Assembly: GCA_035637535.1 (NCBI GenBank)
Contig: DASPWZ010000049.1
Location: 42,539 to 106,538, forward strand
DNA from: Candidatus Dormiibacterota bacterium
GTDB lineage: Archaea; Thermoproteota; Bathyarchaeia; 40CM-2-53-6
DNA length: 64,000 nucleotides
Reading direction: 5' to 3'
A program made the translations under genes and the position numbers. The notes under the pieces were generated by a model, which saw only the letters and a program-made list of their open reading frames with translations, was not told the DNA's origin and made no database searches. Shown one piece after another: positions 9,950 to 17,205 of the stretch (its first letter is position 1; every line of letters begins with the position of its first letter).

Positions 9950-10330
9950 ATGGCCAAGCCAAGTAGCTGCCTTTACCAGCGGAGGACCAGAACCTATGGT
10001 TGAGTACGCAATCCGCGTTCCATCCCTAGAAGTGCAAAATCTGATCCGCTGTTCCAGGACGAACCCTCTCTTGCCAGCAGCAAGTCAGTGCGAAAGCGTG
10101 CTTAAGGCTAGCGGAAAATCCCAGGGTTTTCCATCCGGAAAATTTGTCTGTAATCACTTCTGGTGACTATTCAACGTGCACGGCCGTTATAAGCCGCGAC
10201 GAGACATAGAGCGATCGACGAGAAATGTGTCACGTCAAAATAGACCAAGAGAGAATAGAACAAGCGACCATCAAGAATTGGCTTACAACAAACAACCTAA
10301 GACTGACTACTCGATAGGGGCCTCCAGACG

Positions 10331-11557
10331 ATGGGCGATGTCTCCGTAGACAGAGGCGCGACAGCCAAACTCGGCCAGGTCGAGGGCGACCTAAGAGTCG
10401 GCCAGGCAGCAAGAATAGAACCAGAAGACAAGGTAATCCATGTAACCGGACGAGTATCCTGTGACGGAGACGCCGAGTTCCATGGAAGTCTATCATGCTC
10501 AGAGTTCTCCGCTCGCCACGGGAAAATCAGAATCGAGGGCGATCTTATCGCCAAAAGCGAGGTAAAGGTCGATGACGGACAGCTAGCGATCGATGGGTCC
10601 CTCGAGGCGGCCACGGTTACTGTCGACAAAGCCTTGAGGATAGGCGGAAACGCTCGGGCCGACGATTTTGATGTAGGAGGTGTCCTTGAGGTTAGAGGAA
10701 CCATCTCCGGAAAGAAAGTGGACGTAGGCGGCTCGTTCAAAGTTCAAGGAACCGCCGAAGTCGAAGAGGTTGATGTCGGAGGCACCGTCGACATAGCCAG
10801 CATTGTCAAGTTTGCAAAGCTCGATGTTGGAGGCATGGCCCGGATCGGTGGAGGAGAGGTCTCCAAGGACGTGGATGTCGGCGGCAAGTTCGAATCGACA
10901 AAGCCGCTAAAATTCTCGAAGATCGACGTAGGAGGTCTAGCAACACTAGTGGAAGGCGGCGAAGGCGGAGATGTTGATGTGGGTGGAAAATTCGAGAGCA
11001 GAGCCGACCTCTCGTTCAACTCTCTAGACGTTGGAGGCATGGCGTCGATAGAGGGGAACGGAAAAGGGGTTGAGGTGGACGTTGGAGGACTCTTGCGAGT
11101 ATCCGGAAGCCTCACGCTGGAAAAGGACCTGGACATTGGAGGCAGAGCATACATCGGCGCAGAACTCAGACTCGACTCTCTGGAGGTCGGCGGCTCCATG
11201 GAGGCGGACCTGATTATCGCCCAGAAAAGTATCGAGGTGGGAGGAGACCTCAAGACCATCAAGGGAACAAAAGGAGACACTGTCGAGCTAGGACATGGAT
11301 CACGGGCGAGCGGACCCATTGTCGCACGAGAAGTGAGCGTCGGACACGGTGGCAGAGTCGAGGACGTCTACGCGGACACGTTAGAAATGGAACACGGGTC
11401 AAGAGCGCGGAACCTCTATTTCAGAGAAGGCGTCATTGAAGCAGGCGTCAACGTCGAGGGCGAGGTCCTTTACACAGACACGATCGAAGCCTCACCCGAC
11501 GTAAGATTCGCAAAACCCTCCGCCAAGGTCAACGAGCTACCTAAACCGCCCCTCTGA
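10331..11557 (+). CDS. Bactofilin-like / polymer-forming cytoskeletal-type beta-helix repeat protein with 12 'DVGG' repeats
   Basis: 408 aa with about 12 repeats of an 18-20 aa unit centred on (V/L/I)D(V/I)GG. This resembles bactofilin (DUF583 / CcmA) beta-helix rungs. Confidence 0.6.
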   Translation: MGDVSVDRGATAKLGQVEGDLRVGQAARIEPEDKVIHVTGRVSCDGDAEFHGSLSCSEFSARHGKIRIEGDLIAKSEVKVDDGQLAIDGSLEAATVTVDKALRIGGNARADDFDVGGVLEVRGTISGKKVDVGGSFKVQGTAEVEEVDVGGTVDIASIVKFAKLDVGGMARIGGGEVSKDVDVGGKFESTKPLKFSKIDVGGLATLVEGGEGGDVDVGGKFESRADLSFNSLDVGGMASIEGNGKGVEVDVGGLLRVSGSLTLEKDLDIGGRAYIGAELRLDSLEVGGSMEADLIIAQKSIEVGGDLKTIKGTKGDTVELGHGSRASGPIVAREVSVGHGGRVEDVYADTLEMEHGSRARNLYFREGVIEAGVNVEGEVLYTDTIEASPDVRFAKPSAKVNELPKPPL

Positions 11558-11561
11558 GAAA

Positions 11562-11855
11562 TTGCAGCCCGCCAAACGGTCTCGGATGGACATTTACGCA
11601 GAGATATTAGAAGCTCTGAAACGAAAGGGAGTGACCCGGATAACAAGAGTCTCCTACGCTGTTGGATTACCTGTCGACCGGACAAAAAACTACCTCAAGG
11701 ATCTATCTTCATCAGGGCTCGTTGGCATGCAGACGGGCGAAGACTCCGGTTATTCGATAACACATAGAGGATTAGAATTTCTCGACGCTTACTGGAAGCT
11801 GAAAGGATTCCTAGACTTCATTGGCGGAGAATCTGGCGAGCCGGGCCGCGGCTAA
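11562..11855 (+). CDS. Small winged-helix (wHTH) DNA-binding protein; the start may be the internal Met at about 11586
   Basis: 'MDIYAEILEALKRKGVTRITRVSYAVGLPVDRTKNYLKDLSSSGLV' has an HTH plus wing pattern. It lies 5 nt downstream of the repeat protein. Confidence 0.5.
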   Translation: MQPAKRSRMDIYAEILEALKRKGVTRITRVSYAVGLPVDRTKNYLKDLSSSGLVGMQTGEDSGYSITHRGLEFLDAYWKLKGFLDFIGGESGEPGRG

Positions 11856-12376
11856 GCCACGTAGCTCTTGTATTCTCCCTCAAACTCGCGGACTATCTCG
11901 AACTTGGGAAGTCTCCGAGAGCGAAGCTCTCCGTGGTGTTGGAAAGTGAGTTCTGGAAACATGACCGCTGGCCCATCTATAGCCAGCTTTGTAGCTGGGT
12001 GGTCGGGTCCTAGGACCCGGGCGCATATCTGACGGGTCAACCTTCGCACCTCACCCTCATCAACGTATCCCAGCGTATGCAGGTATTCGTGGAGAAGAGT
12101 GTAGAAGACGTAGGCGTTGAGGGTCTGTCGATCTTTCGCTATGTGTGTGACCTGGTCTAGCAGGCTTCTGTTCATGACGATGAAATTGGAGCCCATCTGG
12201 TGGAAAGCGCCGATGTATTCCGGCAGATCAGCAAGACCCAGCATCAACCCTGTTCGTCTCTTTCCCAGACTACTCTTGACCGATTTCTTTACAAGCTGAA
12301 AGACTTCTGAGAAGTTGAAGCTCCGGTCCAGTCCCTCCGATACACCTATGCTGGTCGGGGGTATGTCAACGTCCAA
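11852..12376 (-). CDS. Putative small zinc metallopeptidase (HExxHxxG motif; archaemetzincin-like size)
   Basis: 174 aa with 'LLHEYLHTLGYVDEGE', i.e. HExxHxxGxxD/E. The Cys-rich tail of bona fide archaemetzincins is absent. Confidence 0.45.
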   Translation of the reverse strand: MDVDIPPTSIGVSEGLDRSFNFSEVFQLVKKSVKSSLGKRRTGLMLGLADLPEYIGAFHQMGSNFIVMNRSLLDQVTHIAKDRQTLNAYVFYTLLHEYLHTLGYVDEGEVRRLTRQICARVLGPDHPATKLAIDGPAVMFPELTFQHHGELRSRRLPKFEIVREFEGEYKSYVA

Positions 12377-12404
12377 AATTCTAACCTCGAAGATGAACTA
12401 GAGT

Positions 12405-13178
12405 TTGCCAAGACTAGTTTTGGCTGACCGCCTATTTAAGGACTGGATTCCACAGAAATCAATCATGGGACACTCTTCGACTCACACCACAGACGAGTGG
12501 AGCGCAGTTGTTAGAGCGATTGAAAGCGCTCTTCCATTCTACGAGTCGATCAGCGAAATAATTTCTTTGGGCTTAGCAGGACCTCTCAGGCGCAGGGCAA
12601 TCCGTCGACTGGAAAAATACAGAACAAATTGGATTCTAGACTCAGGCACTGGCCCTGGTACAAGTAGTAGGATGATGCTTGAAGATGGATTCGAGAAAAT
12701 CGCTGGACTCGACCCATCGCGAATCCTACTGCGATTTGCGAAAGCTACTCTCGGACCCGGCTTCCATCCAGTGCTCGGGGTAGCGGAAAGCCTTCCCTTC
12801 CGTCCCGATGCTTTCTCTGGGGTCCTCACCTGTTTCTCTTACCGAGATGTTCGCGACAAAGCATTGTCCCTGGTAGAGTTTGCCCGAGTGGTGGATCGAG
12901 AGGGTCGGCTGGAGATAGTTGACGTCGGAAAACCTGACGGGCCGTTCCGACAAAAACTGATTGGGCTCTATGTCGCCGTGCTCATGCCCACGATTGCTAG
13001 ATTCTTCATCAGCGGACGAACGAAGGAAAATCCCTTTCAAATGATCGTTCCAACTTTTCATCAGCTAGCAAAAAATCGTAGCGTCACTCGTTTGGCCGAA
13101 CAGAAATTTGGTCCAGCGAGGCTTTACGAGTTCCTGTTGGGCGGGATGGTAATTATTGAGGCTAAACGAACTAGCTGA
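12405..13178 (+). CDS. Class I SAM-dependent methyltransferase
   Basis: Motif I 'ILDSGTGPGTSS'. Rossmann-fold MTase pattern with acidic motif II/III. Confidence 0.6.
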   Translation: MPRLVLADRLFKDWIPQKSIMGHSSTHTTDEWSAVVRAIESALPFYESISEIISLGLAGPLRRRAIRRLEKYRTNWILDSGTGPGTSSRMMLEDGFEKIAGLDPSRILLRFAKATLGPGFHPVLGVAESLPFRPDAFSGVLTCFSYRDVRDKALSLVEFARVVDREGRLEIVDVGKPDGPFRQKLIGLYVAVLMPTIARFFISGRTKENPFQMIVPTFHQLAKNRSVTRLAEQKFGPARLYEFLLGGMVIIEAKRTS

Positions 13179-13193
13179 CTTCTTGAACAGGGA

Positions 13194-14486
13194 TCAATTC
13201 TTGGTTGTACCCGGAGTGATCCCATGTATCGCGACTGAAATCACCCAGGAGGTCACGTACGACAATATGAAGACACTAATCATAACCACTACTACCCCAT
13301 ACGCCTCTATCCCGAGTTGGTTCAGCGCAGAGACTCCGCCCCCAAAGAATAGCCCGTCCGGCAGTGAAGGGGGCACCAAGCTTCCATTCTGGAATGTTAG
13401 GCTTGCTAACCCTGACACGAAAGCCTTCTGAGCAAAGAATGGAATCATCAGGACACCGAATGTTCCTCCTAGCAAGTGTCCTGGGAACAATCCTACTGGA
13501 TCCGTGAACCATTTGAGTTTTCCAAACCACTTCTCCCCCATCAGATAGAGTGGTCCGCCAAGCAGTCCTAAGACGACGGCGCTAAGAGGGCTAACGAATC
13601 CTGCAAGTGGCGTTATGACGATGAGGCCCATCAAGACCCCGTTCGCGGCATAGATGAGGCTCGGCATCTCCTTCGTCATCTGATATCTGAAGAACATCAC
13701 TGAGAGGAAAGCAGAGGCTGCGGCGAGGAAGGTCGTGAGTACAACCACCATGGCTTCATTGTTGAACGCGAGGACACTTCCAGGGTTGAAGCCGAACCAT
13801 CCCACCCAAAGAAGAAGAATCGACAACGTCAGCCAGGGAAGATTGAGCTTGACCACGACCTGAGGACTAGTTGTCAGTCCCTTCTTCTTTTCTTCCCTCC
13901 AGATTTGAAGGAGAATTCCCAGACCTGCGGCTCCAGCGGCTCCGTGAACCACAAGTCCCCCCGCGAAATCCGCCATGCCCATCTGAGCAAGCCAACCTGT
14001 CGGATTCCATATCCACGCCGCGGGAAGGTTCCAGATGATTATGAAATAGACTATCGAGTAGGCGAAGAAGGCTTGCATCTTCATTTTTCGTAAGACGATG
14101 AGTCCGACGAGGGCAAGGGTGACCGAAGCAAAGGCTGTTTCAAAAAGGAAGTACGTCCCAATCGTAAGCCCCGTACTCTGCTGGGACCACCACGCACCAG
14201 TAAGCAGCCCACTGATGTTTGTTGATGAACCTCCGAGAAACAGCCCAGTGTAGAGTGGATTGCCTATCACGCCGTTGATTGTCGGTGCGAACGCGGTGTT
14301 GAATCCGACTAGGGCCATGAAGAAGAGAGCTGATCCTGTGATGAGCATCGTCTTGAGCAGACTGATCTCTAGATCAGATCCAAGCTCTCCTATCTCCAAG
14401 AATCCGACAGAAATCGTCATGGTAAAGACGAGTAGTCCACATATGATGACCCAGAGATTGTTGGCTAGTAGTACAGGGTCCGCCAC
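13194..14486 (-). CDS. amt: Ammonium transporter (Amt/MEP/Rh family)
   Basis: 430 aa with about 11 TMs and the Amt signature 'DFAGGLVVHGAAGAAGLG'. Confidence 0.85.
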   Translation of the reverse strand: MADPVLLANNLWVIICGLLVFTMTISVGFLEIGELGSDLEISLLKTMLITGSALFFMALVGFNTAFAPTINGVIGNPLYTGLFLGGSSTNISGLLTGAWWSQQSTGLTIGTYFLFETAFASVTLALVGLIVLRKMKMQAFFAYSIVYFIIIWNLPAAWIWNPTGWLAQMGMADFAGGLVVHGAAGAAGLGILLQIWREEKKKGLTTSPQVVVKLNLPWLTLSILLLWVGWFGFNPGSVLAFNNEAMVVVLTTFLAAASAFLSVMFFRYQMTKEMPSLIYAANGVLMGLIVITPLAGFVSPLSAVVLGLLGGPLYLMGEKWFGKLKWFTDPVGLFPGHLLGGTFGVLMIPFFAQKAFVSGLASLTFQNGSLVPPSLPDGLFFGGGVSALNQLGIEAYGVVVVMISVFILSYVTSWVISVAIHGITPGTTKN

Positions 14487-14636
14487 TTTCGGTCGGCCGA
14501 CGATTTCAGGAGTGTTCTGGATTTAAGATGTAGGCACGGTGCAGAAAATAATGCCTGGCCAAGCTCAAGGCTTAGCCAGAACGTCGGTAACGGAAAAAAA
14601 GAAAGGGGGTGGACTAGGCCCCTAGTTTAGGGATTC

Positions 14637-14783
14637 CTAGTACCTGCGATGCTTTTGATAACAGTCCCTACAGTAGACTGGTCTTCCCTCTGTGGGCTGG
14701 AAGGGGACTTCCGTCTCCTTGCCACAGTCAGAACAGACTACTTTATGCATCGTCCGAGGACTGCCATACGAACTACGACTCAT
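14637..14783 (-). CDS. Small zinc-ribbon protein (48 aa; zf-trcl-like CxxC...CxxC), absent from the ORF track
   Basis: Manual translation gives MSRSSYGSPRTMHKVVCSDCGKETEVPFQPTEGRPVYCRDCYQKHRRY. ATG start, TAG stop. The CxxC-x17-CxxC spacing and 'VPF..TEGRPVYC' are typical of probable-zinc-ribbon domain proteins. Confidence 0.55.
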   Translation of the reverse strand: MSRSSYGSPRTMHKVVCSDCGKETEVPFQPTEGRPVYCRDCYQKHRRY

Positions 14784-14981
14784 CGGCCTAGTACACCTCC
14801 TATCAGCGTGCACTAGGATAGGAATGGCACTAGCCTATAGACCTTAGGGACCCAGACCCCTCAATTCATAGTGATTGGACATCCATCTGGAGACCGCCCG
14901 ACTTTTTTCTCAACAAATCTGGAGTGGAGACAATTGAACTGTCGAGCAACGACTAAATTGGACTAGAAGGAATGATCTCTC

Positions 14982-15338
14982 ATGAACAGCTCAGAGATTC
15001 AGAAAGCGCTCGATTCTTCGGTGGAGCTGCAGATCACGGTTACGGGAAGAAAATCGGGACGAGAATTCTCGACACCCGTATGGTTCGTCCGAGAAGGAAA
15101 TACCCTCCTTCTAATGCCCGTCAGGGGCTCGAAGAATCAATGGTACAAGAATGTCTTGAAATCGAAACGAATCGGCATATCATCGGGCAACGTATCGCTC
15201 GAGCTTTCTGCGAAGCCGATTAACGATGCGAAGAGGGTTGCATCCGTGGCGGACAAGTTCAGGAAGAAGCACGGAGTAGCGGATGTGAAGAAGTATTACA
15301 CGCGATTTGACGCGGCCGTAGAGTTGAGCCTTCCCTAG
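14982..15338 (+). CDS. Deazaflavin-dependent nitroreductase family / PNPOx-like split-barrel protein (DUF385-like)
   Basis: 118 aa with 'ITVTGRKSGREFSTPVWFVREGNTLLLMP...GSKNQWYKN', which matches the DDN/DUF385 pattern. Confidence 0.55.
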   Translation: MNSSEIQKALDSSVELQITVTGRKSGREFSTPVWFVREGNTLLLMPVRGSKNQWYKNVLKSKRIGISSGNVSLELSAKPINDAKRVASVADKFRKKHGVADVKKYYTRFDAAVELSLP

Positions 15339-15371
15339 CCAAAGTGCGTTGCTGGAAGGACACCGCTGCGT

Positions 15372-15824
15372 CTAGATCAAGGATTTCAGCACAGCCAATG
15401 CTTCGCTCACATGTGCTGTTGCTCTCGATTGGGATGAGAAAACATGCCTGACGATCCCGTTCTTGTCAATTACGAAACTCACTCTACCTGGGACCAGTCC
15501 GAAAGTCTTCTTGACTCCGTAGGATTTTCTCGCTGACCCGTCCGGGTCGCTAAGGAGGATAAAGGGTAGTTTGTGTTCCGAGGCGAAGGCCTCATGAGAC
15601 TTTTGGTTATCGTTGCTTATTCCGATGACCTCTGCGCCGAGGTTCTTGAATTCCTCATATGAGTCCCTGAACTCGCAGGCCTCCGCTGTGCATCCTTTCG
15701 TGAAGTCTTTCGGATAGAAGTAGACGACGACGTTCTTCTTTCCGTGAAAGTCTTCGAGGCTAACGTACTCGCCAGCACTGGTCTGCAGTCGGAATCTAGG
15801 TGCCGGGCTTCCTGTCTCTACCAT
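15372..15824 (-). CDS. bcp: Peroxiredoxin (Bcp / thiol peroxidase type)
   Basis: 'FYPKDFTKGCTAEACEFRD' peroxidatic-Cys motif. 150 aa. Confidence 0.8.
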   Translation of the reverse strand: MVETGSPAPRFRLQTSAGEYVSLEDFHGKKNVVVYFYPKDFTKGCTAEACEFRDSYEEFKNLGAEVIGISNDNQKSHEAFASEHKLPFILLSDPDGSARKSYGVKKTFGLVPGRVSFVIDKNGIVRHVFSSQSRATAHVSEALAVLKSLI

Positions 15825-16199
15825 CGCTTACACCCCTTCAAAGTCTTCCTTCTATCGCCGAAAACGGATCGGAATACACGGAGACAAAACGACTTCTGAT
15901 CCGCGTGGCTTACCCGAAGATGTTGATCTCGTAGTTTTATCCTGAACTGTCAGCTGAATCCCGTTTTGTCGGCAGGGTGAGGATGTCGCCGGGCGACCTC
16001 AATTTCTTCAGAGTATATCTTCTCGAGGTTCGACTGCCCACTTCGGTTCTTTTTCCCGCGATGGATGAACGAGCGATAATTTTTGGGAAATTCCTTCGCT
16101 ACTACGACTTGCAATGATCTCGGTTCCGAATGTTGAGTCATGCTATTATTGATTAGCTCTGAATATATAAACACATTGATGAACGTCTATATATTTTTC

Positions 16200-16514
16200 T
16201 CAGCGTGCGTGCGGTGCTGCTAGAACCGCGTTCAAGCCCAGTCGACGCTGGAGTTCGAAGACGTATGCGGAGAGGACCTCATTGTTGACGTGATAGAAGC
16301 AGAACTGGCCTTGCTTCTCCTTCTCGACGACGTGAGCCGTGGCAAGTTCTTTCAGATGATGCGAGACAGTGGGTTGCGAGACGTCGAAAAAAGCACCGAC
16401 ATCCGAGCAATTTAGCTTTCCTGTCATTGCCAGCTTCTGAAGTATTGCACGGCGTTGCGGATCAGCTAGAGCCTTGCTGATACGATCAAAGTCCTCAGTC
16501 GCGAGCTTCATCAA
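16200..16514 (-). CDS. ArsR/SmtB-family transcriptional regulator
   Basis: HTH 'CSDVGAFFDVSQPTVSHHLKELATAHVV'. 104 aa. Divergent from the thioredoxin gene. Confidence 0.8.
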   Translation of the reverse strand: MMKLATEDFDRISKALADPQRRAILQKLAMTGKLNCSDVGAFFDVSQPTVSHHLKELATAHVVEKEKQGQFCFYHVNNEVLSAYVFELQRRLGLNAVLAAPHAR

Positions 16515-16627
16515 AGATCAACTCCGTTCAACCAAACTATTAACATTTCGATATGCATCTATTCGTTGTCCGCTGCCCCCTCAAACCGGGAGTGCTCCGA
16601 TCGATAATATAGATATTCATCAATATG

Positions 16628-16634
16628 TTTATAT
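16628..16634 (+). promoter_or_regulatory. TATA-box-like element (tttatat) about 24-30 nt upstream of the thioredoxin ATG at 16658
   Basis: 'atatgtttatatcctgttcgcc' lies inside the ArsR/trx divergent intergenic region. This placement argues for the internal ATG as the real start, with a leaderless or short-leader mRNA. Confidence 0.35.
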
Positions 16635-16657
16635 CCTGTTCGCCCCACCTTTTCAGC

Positions 16658-17014
16658 ATGATGAGCAAACAGAAGACAGACAGCAAAGTAATCCACCTTA
16701 ACAACGGTGAGTTCGAGACCCAGGTTCTCAAATCCAACGTACCGGTTCTCGTAGATTTCTACGCAGACTGGTGTGGACCATGTCATGCGATTGCGCCGAC
16801 AATTGAAGCCCTATCGAACGAGTTCGAGGGCAAGGTAAAATTCGTCAAGGTCGATGTCGATGCCAACCAGGAAGTAGCGTCGAGATACGAGATCATGAGC
16901 ATACCCACGATAATGTTGTTCGAGAACGGCAGAGTCGAAGACAGCATCGTGGGGGCATACCCAGCGTCCGTCTACAAACAACACATCGAACGTGCCCTGA
17001 GTCGCAGAAGCTGA
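16658..17014 (+). CDS. trxA: Thioredoxin
   Basis: 'WCGPC' active site in a standard thioredoxin fold. The start is moved to the internal ATG because the ORF-track start overlaps the TATA element. Confidence 0.85.
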   Translation: MMSKQKTDSKVIHLNNGEFETQVLKSNVPVLVDFYADWCGPCHAIAPTIEALSNEFEGKVKFVKVDVDANQEVASRYEIMSIPTIMLFENGRVEDSIVGAYPASVYKQHIERALSRRS

Positions 17015-17047
17015 CCTCAGACAAGTCACACGTTGGAGCTTTGCGAC

Positions 17048-17188
17048 ATGGATCATATCTGCCCAATCTGTGGAGGACTAAGTCCGTGCATCTATCTGCA
17101 GTCTGAGTCCCGGAAGTTGTTCAGGTATCACGATTGTCGTTACTGCGGGTCTACCTGGAAGGAAGCTTCGAGCACAGAGTCTCCTTAG
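17048..17188 (+). CDS. Small zinc-ribbon protein (46 aa; CPxCG...CxxC), absent from the ORF track
   Basis: Manual translation gives MDHICPICGGLSPCIYLQSESRKLFRYHDCRYCGSTWKEASSTESP. It lies 34 nt downstream of trxA on the same strand. Confidence 0.4.
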   Translation: MDHICPICGGLSPCIYLQSESRKLFRYHDCRYCGSTWKEASSTESP

Positions 17189-17205
17189 GTCGGGACTCAC
17201 AAGGT

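Noticed and set aside
10297-11319. Two minus-strand ORFs (147 and 191 aa) with 'PPTS' repeats
   Set aside because: They are the reverse-complement shadow of the DVGG repeat protein: GTCGGAGG is DVGG forward and PPTS in reverse. The plus-strand repeat protein has the coherent beta-helix periodicity.
15950-16174. 74-aa minus-strand ORF between the peroxiredoxin and ArsR genes
   Set aside because: It lies in the AT-rich promoter region, has no start context or similarity, and is probably non-coding.
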